Shown here piece by piece: positions 51,001 to 64,000 of a DNA stretch of 64,000 bases. Numbering within the stretch: the first letter of the stretch is position 1; the number at the start of each line of letters is the position of its first letter. The DNA comes from Saccostrea echinata (Eukaryota), in the NCBI RefSeq assembly GCF_033153115.1, contig NW_026889777.1, positions 13,640,001 through 13,704,000 on the forward strand. The letters run 5' to 3'. The notes beneath the pieces were generated by a model that was not told the DNA's origin, ran no database searches, and was given only the letters and a program-made list of their open reading frames with translations. The position numbers were made by a program, and so were the translations under genes.

Positions 51001-54000
51001 CTCCCAATGCTGCCAGGGTTTGTCAAGATTTTCTCGGAAACAATCACATTTATTCACTTGACTGGTCTCTGTCAAGTCCATCTTTTTCGCATCAAACGTC
51101 TGTGGGACTACGTGGACGATAGAGTTTAAAATGTCCAAGTTGGTCGATCTCAATCAACTAAGGGCTGCCTTCTCGGAAGGGTTGAATAATATCCCTTTTA
51201 GAAGGATAAACACACTGATGAACTCCATGCATAGGAGAATCAAGGCGGTGACAGATGCGCGAGGGAGACATGTGAGATAATGAGAATTTTCATTTTTCAC
51301 TTTTGGGGTGTACCGTCATATGAGTTTCAATAACTCATGAATTCTTGGGGAAAATCAAATGAGATTTTTTAAAGTACACATACAGTAAGTAAAAGCATTG
51401 CTACATGCCATTTTAAGAAGCTTTATGCTAATTAAAATTAAAATGCTAACTGAAGATACAATATTTTTCTTTTAGTGGCATTAGCAGAGAGATTTGGTTC
51501 CACAATTCATAGGTATGGAGGATCTGTTGTTGTGAGTATTCCTTTGAGAGTCAAATTTAAAAAAAAAGTCAGTGTAATGCATTTGAAATTTTACATTACG
51601 AAAGTTTGCAATGTCCTTTAAGAGGGCTGGGTGGTTGTGGCCATTTTTTTTTTAGACTATATTGATCTCCTTTAGAAGAAGAACTCCATATAAAGATATA
51701 CAAAAAGGATCAAATTTTAAAACTAAAATGTATGAAATTTTTCTTTGCCAATTGATATTTGACAGCTTAAGATATCATATCTAAAAAAAATAAGTTATAT
51801 CTGATGGTTAATTTGTTGACCCCCCAGCCTCCTTAACGAAAGTATACATTCAAAATTACGAAAATAGATAAACTTAATCTAAATTAATTTAATTAAAATC
51901 AATGTTTAACCAGTTCATTTTTTCAGAGAAATATTTCTTAATATTTGATGATAAAAATGATAAAAAAAAAAACTTGTAAAAAATTATAAAGGCAACGACA
52001 AAGGGTGAAAATTATGATCATCATAGAATGAAATATGGAGATAACGAACAGTATTCAAGCTCAAAGTCCATTTAAACAATAGAAATTGGGAGCAGAGCAA
52101 ACACCGACCTCCAAAATCATTAGAGGTAGGATCAGGTGCCATGGAGCACCATTTAAAAGTCAAATTTAGTCTAAAAATATATACTAATCTATGCATTAAT
52201 TTTTTCGGTGTAACATGTGTCCGAAGAAAAATGTAGAAATTCACCCGGGAGCCTTAGAAAATCTTTAAACCACTGTCTATTTCTGCTTAATGTACGAGTT
52301 CCAATAGATTTTTTTTTTTACATGCTTTCCTATTTGGGACGCATATAATGTTTAAACATAAAAGAACTTGATAATGTTAGATAATTGCATAGTATATATC
52401 ATAAGATAAGCTTTATCTACCGATAACAAACGGATTTGATATTATGGCAGAACTCTATCTAAAGTGTATGAGTTTTATTTTCTTCTTTACAAATGAACTT
52501 GGACATATCTTTTAAAAAATCCATTGGGGAAAAAACCTATATTTTCCACCAGAAAGTGAAAACGCAAGAAGCATTCCACTTTGATTGTTCCATATAATAA
52601 TAGCAAAATTAGAAGTTGAATGAAAGACGTTTGTTAAATATTTCATTGTAAGGCGTTGAATAAAAAAATTCCATGTTCAATAAAATATGGCATTATGTAC
52701 ATGTACACTGTAAAGAACATTACCTGTTAAAAATTTCTACCCATTGGTAGCCCAGCCTTGAGAACCAAGGTTACGTGCTGAAAACGTACATGGGTTCGAA
52801 AGACCACAATTCACAATTTTGAATTTGTAGAAATGTTTTGATTTTGTAATATTCAACAAATTCAATATGGGGTCAAGGTAATGCACATTGAATAAGGTAT
52901 GTTTCTTGAACACAAAAATAAATATCATTGAAAGGAAATGACAAGGTCCATTTTTTAATGTCTTTCTTTATACACTATGAAGTGTATTACCATTTAAAAT
53001 TTCTAATTTTTCTACACATAGATACTACGTATTTCTTCTGGAAAGGAACCTATCCTCTTTTAATTAATACAGGCTCGCACACTCGTATGCAAGCATTCAC
53101 GTGTGTATGCGCGTAAATGAGAAAAAGAGAGATTTCTTTTTTCCTCCAGGTATGCTCCCCACTCAGAGGACTTTTCTTAGATAGAGACGTCACGGCAGGA
53201 GGATGTGACTTATTCTTTAAAAATATGACTTGGCAGGGATATCTTAATATCAGAGCCGGAAAAGTAAACGACAAGTACCCGGAACATGCCTCAGGGATGT
53301 ATGGATTCTCAATAATTGCTGAGGTTTGATTTAAACAGGTTTCTTACTAATATTATAACTTCCGATTGAGGCTAGGTTAACTCACTTATACATATAGTTT
53401 ATATAATTTAAAATATTTAGTTGATGATTGTTAGGCAAAATAAAATCCTAGTAAGTTAGTGACAGCAAAATGATGATTATTTTGGATGATTGTCAAACTT
53501 TAATCCTTTCTATTTTACCAATCTAATTATAAAGTATAATGAAATATTTATTTAATTCCATTTTAGAATGACTCGTCAGTCGTACTCGGTGGACCAAATG
53601 CATGCGGGAATGATGGTATAATTTATTAATCGTTAGAGATAAAATGCAAAATAATTTTCTACATTTATTTTTAAATTGTGTGAATATTTAAATAACCAGT
53701 GATGAGCGTAATTCAAAAAAATAACAAAAGATATTTTCCCTGTCGGTATTTTAAGCTTCACTAAACTTTATTTCCTCACAAATTCTTGACATTTTCATTG
53801 GTGCAAGAATGGTATATTGATATAACATACCCTATTTTTGTTCGATAAACAACTTTGACGTGTCAAAAGTTTGTCAAGAGAAAAAAATTAAACTAGGACA
53901 GGTAGAAAATAAACAATTTAATTTAATGATGTACAGTAAACTTGTAAATATCCAATTATGCGAATTAGTAGCAAGCACATTACAAAATGGGGGTTACTTT

Positions 54001-57000
54001 CACGTTAGCGGGATTATAAATAGTTAAAGGTGAAAGGCGTTGGTACTCATGGGGATGGGGAGACTTGGGTGAAGGTTTTTTATTGTGCATTTAGCGTAAA
54101 TTACACCCACCCCTAAATTTCAAGCTTACAGTATTAAAGTTGGTATTGAATTTTCATTTTTACAGGAGGTCTGGCGTTATTTACCAATGTATCAGAGACA
54201 GCAGATTATCTGTACAGTAGCAATTGTTCCCGTTTCTTTGGTGGATATTATTATGGTACGTTCTTGTTAATTTATTATCTGATTCTGTCTATTATGACCT
54301 TCCGAACATTTCTAAAACTAAGAAAAAGAGATTTTTATATAATTGCAAAGATATTTAATAGGAAACTTGATACAATTTTCATAAAATCTGCGATTACAAG
54401 AGAGAATGGAATAAAGGAATTGTATTCAACGAATGGAAGGAAAAGGTGTTGTTCAAAATGAATGTAATACATCTTCAATAAGGTGAATTTGCTTCATAAT
54501 GAGTGTGTTTATATTATGACTTTATTTATATTAATGTTCTAATGTTGTCTACGGAATAGAATGTAATCTTTGTGGACTTATTTATGTTGGTGAAACCAAG
54601 GGTTCACTTCATAAAAGAATATCGGGTCACAGATTTCAAATCAACAACGGGGGCCAGCAGCTTCTATACAAGCACTTTAATTTACCAGATCATTCAATTT
54701 TGTCAATGAAAGTTAGAATTCTAGAAAAGATTTACCATCATACAAAAATTCCATCACTGAGTACACCTATCCGTAGACAACGAGAAGAATTTTGGATTAG
54801 AAAACTAGGGACGGCCTTTCCCTATGGAGGCAATGACAATGTCGATAGTGTTGGGAATCTTTCCAGTCCACAGTGTAACAAAGTCAATGTGATGAGACTT
54901 TTTAACCTTACACAGAGACATAAACGTAGTCATGGACATCGGTCTTACAATAAACCTTAAATACGCGATGTCTCTTTTGATTCGTTACTACGTTATGTAA
55001 ATCAACAGTTAGGTCTTCATCAAATCCAAACTTTACTCTGTCCTTTTGAAACTTTTGATTAGTCTACTTGAAAAGGTCAAGGAAAGTTTTTTTTTTTTTG
55101 ATTCCTCGACACCAGAATACAGACTCGGATCTGTGATTATGGATATTGCAAATCATAGGCTTTTTAAACCGCCACGTTTTAAGGAGGAAAATGCAGCTAA
55201 AACAACCCTTTTTTCCCCTTAAACTCCAGTATACCAACAAAGGAATTGATGCGGTTAATATAAGTAATATTCTTAATCATAAAAGGGTCCAGTCTTGTAT
55301 TCCAACATGTTTCAAGTTGAAGACTACACCTTGTATTTCCTACAAATATACATCGACTATTGCTTCCAAACTTTTTAATTACAAGAAAACTTTACAGGGC
55401 CTGGATATCGAATATCGGAAACATAATCCTCCTTCGTGTTCATTTTCTTATTCACCCTGTAACTATAGTCCTGCTGGACACGTTATTACTGGTGACGTAA
55501 ATATAGTTAATGATGAGGACCTTAGATCACAAATTTTAAAAGGTCCTAAATATAGGGAACCCCGATCCTTTAACTGGCATCGTAATTTCATACATATTAT
55601 GGATTCTGCCAGGATTACGCCAGGCGTTGGGTCAGACATGAAAAAAAGACCTTGACACTTTGTCAGAATGGATTAAATGTATCAGATATATGTTAAAATC
55701 TCACATTAAGCGATTGAGGGGCAGTATGAAAACTATCTATCCTTCGGTATTTAGTAACTCAGAAGTGAAAAAAGAATTAGATAGATTACAAGTACGTACT
55801 GGTCCCTGCTGAAATCACAAAATTTTACCAAAATCAACAACATAAAAACTTACCCTTTTCAACTTTATATACATATTCCCCACGATAAATTAAAGTCCAG
55901 ACTTTCTGATATCGTTGACAGCTGCTTTGTCAATAAAAATGGAACTCGTTAATTTACTTACCTTGTCATTGGTCATTTACAAAATTATTTTGTTAAAAAG
56001 CACTCTGATTGTACACATAAGTACTCTGAAGTTGACATTAAAAAGATGCTCGAGTGTCTGATTGACAATATCTATGTGGTTTTTGGAGACCAGATCTTCC
56101 AACAATCTATTAGAATTCTTATGGGTACCAATTGCGCCCCGTTATTAGCAGACCTAATTTTGTATTCATATTAAGCAGAATTTGTCAAAAGTCTTTTACG
56201 TGAAAAATAGAAAACACTTGCAGTGGTCTTCAACTCGACATTTAGATATATCGACGACGTATTGTCAATTAACAATGGCTATTTGCATTCTTATGTCGAC
56301 ACGATATATCCCGCTGAGCTTGAGATAAAAGATACCACAGAGTCTAACACATCTGTTTCATATTTGGATATTTTATTAGAAAATGACGTTAATGGTAATC
56401 TAACAACCAAGCTTTATGATAAACGTGATGACTTTAACTTTTCAATCGTCAATTCCCCCTACTTATGCAGCAATATACCCTTATCACCTGCATACGGGGT
56501 TTATATCTCTCATTTGATTCGATACGCCAGAGCATGCTCTACGTATGAACAATTTCTAAAACGAGGTAAGTTACTGACAAAGAAATTGATGAAACAAGAA
56601 TATGAACAGTCTCGTTTAAAGTAAGTTCTATGGTCGATACAATGACCTTGTCAGCAAATACAATCTATCATTAAGTCAAATGCTGACTGACTTTTCTCAT
56701 ACTATTTTGTTAGGCCATTATTTACACACTGAATTGTCGACGGATTATTTCCGTTATTTCCCGATCATGACAAGGAGCACACGGCGGTTGTGACTGGTCT
56801 GCAGAGGATGCTCACTCCTCCATGGCACCTGATCCCACCTCTGAAGTTTTAGAGGTCCGTGTTTGCTCTGCTCTTATTTTGTAATGTTTAATGGACTTTT
56901 GAGCTCTAATACTGTTCATTATCTCCCCATATTTCATTAGATAACCTAATCTATTATCTGCTAACAATATTTTTATTACACTTAATGCATTTTTCATTTC

Positions 57001-57095
57001 ATCAGATGCCGAGCTCTCAAAATTTCATTTTGATTTACTGACAAAGATTGGGTAAAGAAAATAAAATAAAACCCATTGTATTGTTGGTATTTTTC

Positions 57096-57173
<78 letters not shown>

Positions 57174-60100
57174 GCAAAGTTAGAGTTTAAAGGGCTTATC
57201 ATATAAAGTTGCTTAGGCTTCATCTTGTTCTATCCAATGACCGAGTAACCATGTGAACAGTAAGATAGATGAGTGAAACACATCTCTTTAAACGCATGTA
57301 TATAATATAAAGATGTTTTCCTTGCTTTCAGGATATGCCCTAAATGTGATGAAGTACAAAAATGAGACTCTGTACGTTGTTGGATCACCTGGTTTTTCCA
57401 ACAAAAAGGGCGTCATAGGACTGGTTTTTATTTTTTTTTTAATAGCAGTATAAATCTTATTACTTTTGTTTATTTTGTCAGATTTTTTTCCTGGAAAATC
57501 GACTGAAACAAAATAAATTAATTTCAATCTAACAATTTATAAAACTGGAATGCATTATTCAGAAATATTCGAAGGCATTACGAGTTAAAAATCCTTGTAG
57601 TGCCTTTCTAAAATTCTATATCCAACTGTTGAAGAAATGCTTACTTCCTTTGTTATTTTTTAGATGGAGGTCGTAAAAATTGTAACTAAAAGTAACAAGC
57701 CTTCCCTGGCGCCTCAAAAACAAATAACTGGGCTTCAGGTAGGACAAGGCGATCATATCTATATATTTTGTATATTCCTCCTTTTTTCTAAAGATGTCAT
57801 ATATATATGCCGGAGGTCGCAATTAATAGTAGTCGCAATTTAAAAAAAAAATAAAATTCATTAAAAGCAGTGTAATGAATGGGTGCGGTTTGTAACAATA
57901 AGTACTGGCTGCAGTCTTAATCTGCAACTTGTATTTAGGCAAGAACAAGTACCTGGATTGTACACTTTAGGGTGAAAAAACTGTAAATGTAGAATTCCTA
58001 ATAAATTAAATTAAAAAATACAATTCAATGTTTCCAACTTTCTTTTTTTAAAAAAAACTTAAGAATGGAGGAGGATTTGGACAATCCCTGAGTGTCATTG
58101 ATGTCAATGGAGATGGTTTAGATGATATCATTGTTGGAGCACCTTTAGAATACATAAATGTGTCCAGTAAATCCTCTGTAATAATTGACGTTGGCAATGT
58201 GTATGTCTATCTAGGATATAATGGAGTACGTATACTTATGTCCAATACATTAAATGCAATATCTCAGCTATCATGTAAACCATTTAACACATGAGATATG
58301 TAATAAGATTGATACATCATGTATTTATAAGTGTACTTTTTCTCACAAAACTGTCGTTAGAGCTAGGAACTAACTAAATTTAAGCTACATTCCGGTGAAA
58401 AATAAAGATTACAAGTCTACAAGTTTAAAACAACCTTTGAAAATTGAAATACTTGTTTTACAGCAAGATATTATTGTAAAGTTTATTTTTAAAATAGACG
58501 ATTATTCATGACATCGGGATACGTATAACAGGGGACCTTATAGTATCAGGACGGTTTGGATCAGCGGTAGGCAGCATAGGGGATATCAACGACGACTCGT
58601 TCCAAGGTTTGTTACAATTGATCGAATTATTTTATTTTTTAAAATTGAAATACTGAACGATTTATATTATTTATCTGAAAAAGCCATAACTAGAAATGAA
58701 TCTCACAGAATATAATAATATGTGAAATACTGTTGATAAAAAGATGTTGCGGTCGGAGCACCCTTTGAAAACGACATGAGAGGTGCCATTTACATCTTTA
58801 ATGGATGTTTAAAGGGATGTGTGGAGAAATGGAAATATACGCAAAAGATTCATGCTTCAACCATCAATATTAACCTGAGAGGGTTTGGTTTTTATATCTC
58901 ACGGTCACAAGAAGATATAGATAACAACGAGTATAAGGGTGAGTTTTGCAATATAGACTAATCATAATATTTTAAATTTGATTTCGATCATGACTTCTGT
59001 CAACAAATAAACTATTTAACTAAATAGAAATCTCTTGAATTCAGAATTCTCTATAGCACAATCTGCATTTTTTTTTCGACTTACGTACAAAAATTTATGA
59101 TTAGAATCCCTAGACAAATTTGCTTAGTCCCCTTGACAGGGCCAAGAACTTAAACCTATATACAATTAAAAACAATAGCCTTGCTAAACAGACGAATGGG
59201 AATTAAAAGTGTATTCCATCGAGTCAGCCAAGATGGTTTAGATCTGTTGTTATTAAATCAGTAGGTCGGCTTATAAAAAATCAAACCTAGATTTAAAGTC
59301 AAATTGTGAAATATTAAAAAATATATATCTTATTGTTTTTTTTGCAAAGAATGCCCATCTATTAATGAATTGAAGAAAGTCTTAAAATTGATCTCTTAAG
59401 AAAATCAAAATGAACATGCTTTTTAATTTATCCGGAAGAATAATTAAAGCAGGTTTATTAAGGTTATATGCTGGAACTCATGGGATGCGATGCCTTCATC
59501 TTTTCCCTTTTCAACCTCCCACATTTATGTATCACGCAGTACAGTTAAGGTGTCAAATGGAAATATCGGTGATTTTTTTAAGGTATAAATGCATTCTTTG
59601 CAGGGATCGGCGATTCTTTTTGTGACTTTAATGATATCTGACAAATGCAATGTGGTTCAAAACTGCATCTTGAGGACGATTAGATTTTTTATTTAGACTT
59701 GTCACGTGATGTGACAGTCACGTGATTTTAGCAAACATACTTGCAGTATTGAGATCATCTATAAAATCCAATATTGCAAGGGCATAACCAAGTTTAACTT
59801 TTAAATCTTTTCAACACCCTTTGTATAGTTTTTGAAAAATGCTGTGAACCTAAATAGATTCTACTATCTCATTGCTAAAATCCCATTTGCTAGACCGCAT
59901 GTTGAATATTTTGCTGGTCAGCTACATTAAATATGGATATACTTAATTTATTTGCGAGATTTCATCAGGTTCGCAGCACTTTTCACATATCTGAATACTT
60001 CTTGAGTTTTTGTGTAAAAGCTTGTCACGATCCATTGAGGGTATGCCCTTGCAATATTTGGATTTATTAAATTAAGACCCTTTTTTACCCTCCACTGAAT

Positions 60101-63048
60101 CTGCATACAGATATACGGCAGTATCAGTTGTCTAGGGAATATACAGAAAGTATATGAATAAAATCGTGAGACAGACATCGCATCTAAGTTAATGGCCTCT
60201 TATATATCTTCAAATAATATTTTACTTGATTATAAAATACATTTTTCATTGTATAAAATATGACTTGATCTTCCTCTCACTGCATAAAAACTGCGTAAAA
60301 TTTTACGTCACATTGTGAAGTTCATTGCGATCAGTGAATTGTTTATATCTTGTTGTGTGGAATTTAACTAACGACACAACTGCATGTAATATTAAGTGTT
60401 GATGTAGTCAAGAGATACCCAACAGTTTAAAATAGCAAATCATTTCATTTTGTGGTAATTTGAAGAACTGATGTTTTTGTGTGATGTCATAGTAAACATT
60501 TCCCGTATGAATTAGGCCTCGCCTACTTTTTGTAGCCTTAACTGTGCTGCTCAATATTCAACTATCAACTGATTCTGCATGTACACAAGAGTACATGTAT
60601 GTTCTGTGTACAACTAATTTTTAAACCATTACAGACTAATGACAAATAAGACGATGTTTAAGGGTTTATAGATGTCTCATTTGAAGTCAGTATTTCATTA
60701 ATTCTATGATAATTTTAGTGTCCTTGTTTGAACATGCAACTTACGTTGATTTGAACTTTAACTGACAAGTTTTATACCAATGGTAAGGTCATTGCTTTCG
60801 TATAAGTTTTGGCAGATTCTACCGGATCAATTCAGAAGGGGCGCTAATTTTAACTTTTTGGGTTCTAGTGTTACCAGGGGTCCATCTTTTTCTTATTTCA
60901 ATTTGTATTTTTATAGGATTTATGAGATTAATATCTGTTCGATATCTTTACCTTTTCCATGTACCAAAAAGAGCACCTAAATTCAGATAACAAGGGGATC
61001 TCTTTGGCTCTGGTGCTTTTGTGGTCAAATAAACTTGCATTAACATAAAGATTTTTAGCAAATATACATAGTCTTTATATTACATGTATAAATATATTTC
61101 TTGAAAGAATTATCAGTTCTCATACATTGAGAATTAAAGAGTAAGTAGAAAACTAGCATTTGTTAGAAAGGTTTTGTTTTGTTCACGTAGTTTTTTCTTC
61201 TAGAAATTGCACATTCTTCTTTTTCATTTTACTTTTTTACTCCTATTTTACCATCAAAACTGTATTCCATAAATTGTACTTGAAAAAAAAAAACGTATTT
61301 TTTTAAACTAGGATGAATGATATTGTTAAATATTGTTAGATCATCTTTTGAAAAAAAGGTCGGAATCGCAATATTTTCACATGTCAGATGTAACTTGCAG
61401 ACTTTGCCGTTGGGTCGTATAAATCTGGAATGGCTGTCGTGTTAAGATCCCGACCAATTATATCCATAGAACCTAAAATTATCTTCCAACAAAATCCCGT
61501 ACCTTTGAATTCCTCAGGACTGAACTGTTCTAAAGGAAACGACTATCCTTGTCTGGATATAAAAGTTTGTTTCAATCTCACAGGGAAAGGAATTCAGTCA
61601 GTCACCTGTAAGTATAACTAATACTTTCTATACATATATAAGTTAATTATATAAGTTAATTAATTTCGTCAAGTCCCAAGAATATGAATTGGCGACTTGG
61701 CTATTGATTAAGGTTTGTATTTCACGAATAGAAGAATAAGCGAAGTATTTTAGTTAGCGAGGTGTTTCTCGCGAAAACACGCTATAATAAATTTATTGCG
61801 CACAAATATAAATCAACAGTAAATCTTCATATTCAGTCAGAAAAAATCTTATTTTCATTTATTAGGTGGATTTTATTCAATGTGCATTTACCCATAATGT
61901 ATATCTGTATTGTTTCGTTTTTGAAATCATCAAGATGTCAATTTCACTCTTTGGGGTGACGTATCAATGACCAATAAAAGGATTAATATGGATGGAAATG
62001 AAAGCAGTGTTGATATCTCGGATTTCATGGTATACGGAAATAAATCGTCCTGCAAAACTTTACAAGCAGTCGTATCGGTATGTCTTGAGCTCATCTTGAT
62101 TATGACTACTGTTTCCATTTTTTAAAGAAACTGCTGCTTTCTCTCTCCCCCTTTCTTTTTATACAAATAATCAATTACCAAACTTGCAAAATAGAATAAA
62201 TTGTTGAAACTTATTTCAGAAAATTGGAATGTCTTTCTTTAAATCCATAATTGAACCCCTAGAGTTCAAGGTCAATCTTTCTCTGAGTGGAAGAACACCA
62301 GAATTTGATGTTTTGCCGATTTTGAGAAAAGGTTCCGTGACTTCTCACCAAAACAATGTAAGTCTTCTGTGTTTTTATATTTAGTTGAAATTTCTATCCA
62401 ATGCTTTTTGCGTTACATCATAAAATCAGATTAAATATAGGGATTTAAAGATATCATATGAAAATATCGAATTCCATGCTATTTCCTTTTTTATGGCGAA
62501 AAGATTAGCACTCTATACAAATACAGAATTGTATTTTAAACTGGTATGATAAAATGTTTTTAATGGCCCTTTGATTTATTTTAGGTAACGTTCAGAACAT
62601 CATGTGCACAAAATGAAAAATGTCAGCCAAAGTTTTCTGGAAATGCTGAAATCAATGATCATAAGGACAATGGAGAATTTGAGACCTTTAAAATGGATTT
62701 CATTCTTAGAAACCATGGTGACCCAGCCAGTGCAACTACGATAGAAATTCTGAAAACTAAAAAAGCAGTGTATTCTGGTCTTGTGATATCTGTACATTCA
62801 GAAAAGGTTATTTGCAAGGAAACTAACTCAACCATAATTCTATGCAATGTCACAACTGATCCGTTCTATCAACATATGCTGGTACAAATCAGTCTAGATT
62901 TCAAAATTGATCCACAAAACAATGATGCTACAGGTTATGTTGATTTTAATATCTCGGTGCAGTATGTTCCAAGCGGTCGGAGTACTAGAGAAAGATCTAA
63001 TATTACATACGAAGTGCTGAAGCAGCTGGCTGTTGTATCAGTCGGTGG
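44693..63048 (+). CDS. Integrin alpha subunit (no I-domain), 3' part outside the window. Exons 44693-44847, 48669-48799, 51476-51531, 53150-53323, 53567-53615, 54166-54255, 57332-57423, 57664-57738, 58064-58225, 58498-58606, 58744-58938, 61401-61607, 61935-62077, 62220-62357, 62585-63048
   Basis: Signal peptide then YNMD. FG-GAP repeats (FGYS...IVIGAP, VCSP, YGFS...LGGP, YGYA...VGSP, FGQS-DVNGDGLDDIIVGAP, FGSAV-GDINDDSFQDVAVGAP, FGFYI-DIDNNEYKDFAVGS), VVLRSRPII, thigh cysteines and genu CAQNEKC. Phases consistent. Alternative in-frame ATG at 44654. Confidence 0.88.
45600..45810 (-). mobile_element. Naiad PLE 3'-end fragment
   Basis: Reverse complement matches the GACCGGTC...CCTGATCCCAC motif of 56780-56875. 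Confidence 0.65.
46505..46808. mobile_element. MITE
   Basis: TGTTTGTTTGCCCTCTCCC is the inverse of GGGAGAGGGCAAACAAACA. Confidence 0.7.
47003..48115. repeat. Diverged ~450-bp direct duplication (47003-47445 and 47629-48115) with a SINE fragment between
   Basis: ATTAATCAGAATTTATTTTGATAAAAGGGGATAAT starts both copies and CGTAGGTTCC-TAATTTGTGCGAG lies near both ends. Confidence 0.75.
47447..47625 (-). mobile_element. tRNA-SINE fragment
   Basis: Reverse complement of the SINE body, with a B-box-like GTTCGAATC. Confidence 0.65.
49275..50108. mobile_element. Helentron-associated non-autonomous element (HINE) with ~170-bp internal satellite
   Basis: AAGAGGCCCATGGG end, about 3 tandem units containing CCCCGGGGGTCATGATT, a (GACAAC/GAC)n microsatellite and a terminal AGCTCAC...GGTGGGCT hairpin next to an A-tract. 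Confidence 0.75.
50292..51350 (+). pseudogene. Decayed Tc1-family transposase element
   Basis: Broken frames read AARVCQDFLGNNHI-LDW-SP, LWDYVDDRV and INTLMNSMHRRIKAVTDARG (Tc1 C-terminus), with stops and frameshifts. Confidence 0.7.
51622..51832. mobile_element. TTAA-flanked Kolobok-like MITE
   Basis: TTAA-GAGGGCTGGG ... CCCAGCCTCC-TTAA. Confidence 0.55.
54535..56930 (+). mobile_element. Penelope-like retroelement with N-terminal GIY-YIG endonuclease (Naiad type), decayed
   Basis: NVVYGIECNLCGLIYVGETK-RISGHR...EEFWIRKLGTAFPYGGND precedes the linker CSF...YSPAGHVITGD, KGPKYRE and RT motifs (MGTNCAP, FRYIDD, YDKRDDFNF, AYGVYIS-LIRYARAC). Frameshifts, stops and a deletion near 55810. Confidence 0.85.
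57100..57172. repeat. (TA)n microsatellite
   Basis: Direct reading. Confidence 0.95.
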
Positions 63049-63102
63049 GTATGTACAAGATTATCATTTGAAGGATATACTAAATAATGATATAATTAAT
63101 AC

Positions 63103-63999
63103 ATTGTTACAACGCAAAATGTAATAACAACGCAAAATGTAATAAACTGAGATTATTACATTTTTTTACAGACCAATGCAGAATGTAGTGACGTAAACTA
63201 TAGAAACATACTTTTTGGATTATTACATTTTGCATCGAGGTTAACGCAAAATGGAATAACACATTCGATGTACTTAATATTTAAAGTAAGATGTCGTTGG
63301 AGACGATTTTAAATCACATTTCCTGATGTCTCAAAAATCTTTCAATACTACACGACATTGAAAAATATAATTACATCAAAATTAACATTTTGTGTTCCTA
63401 ACATTCTGTGCCGAACCAAAATTTACACAAATGTTATCAATGCTTATTGAAATAATTTTCTGTGTTATCAGAGGTAAATACATACCTCTTCAAACTGAGG
63501 GAGGCACAATTTCCCGAGGCGAAACAAGTTATAGAATTTACAATAAAATTTAACAGAAACGCTTTAACATATAAGCTATAGATAAAATGTAATCTTATTT
63601 CATCGAATTATGTAAACATATTTTTTAGGGTCAAAACAATGATTCAAAACAAGAAAACTTCTAAAAGTTCGAAAATATGGTTATCATTTATTATGGCAAC
63701 TAACAAGGATGAAGATATTTTGTTTTAATAAACTTTGCCTTCAGAATCAATGTAAAACGTATACCGAAGGACATTTAAGAATATTGTGGATAAGGTAGTC
63801 AAATTTGAATAAAGATTGATTGCAATTTCTTCCCATTTTTTTCTGTGAAAAATGCATTTATTTGTTGAGGTAAAAGCGATCATCATATACTGCGATATTA
63901 CATTCTGCGTTAACTTTTAGACCAAATGAAATAACACAAAATATAATGATCTCAGTTTATTACATTTAGAGTTGTTATTATATTTTGATTTGTAACAAT
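63103..63999. mobile_element. Foldback-like DNA element, apparently complete copy
   Basis: ATTGTTACAACGCAAAATGTAATAACAAC ... GTTGTTATTATATTTTGATTTGTAACAAT imperfect TIR. Confidence 0.7.
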
Positions 64000-64000
64000 T

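Noticed and set aside
54535-54960. Selenocysteine-encoding Naiad
   Set aside because: The endonuclease CxxC uses TGT codons, and the stops I traced are TAA/TAG or frameshifts typical of decay
59457-60541. Possible TTAA-flanked Kolobok-like element
   Set aside because: Only about 7 bp of imperfect terminal inversion, too weak to call

Overview
AT-rich, intron-containing animal genomic DNA. The repeat content (Helentron/HINE with ~170-bp satellite, bivalve-type tRNA-SINE, Naiad PLE) suggests a bivalve, probably an oyster; this is inferred, not searched. Four spliced genes can be rebuilt by hand with consistent intron phases: wolframin WFS1 (-, 5 exons, ~778 aa), PARP3 (+, 11 coding exons, ~533 aa, head-to-head with WFS1), sterol O-acyltransferase SOAT1/ACAT (-, 15 exons, ~531 aa, one GC-AG intron) and an integrin alpha without I-domain (+, at least 15 exons, running off the window). 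Introns and intergenic DNA hold a young 5'-truncated LINE, a decayed Naiad-type Penelope-like element, a Tc1 relic, and many MITEs and SINEs, including a three-level nest. The most unusual signal is two independent tandem arrays built from the edge of a coding exon. One is an 88-bp array of the WFS1 C-terminus plus stop codon, whose shared variants are all silent. The other is a 42-bp array of a SOAT1 exon end, where every unit carries an acceptor-like site, a 15-nt in-frame microexon, a donor and an in-frame stop.
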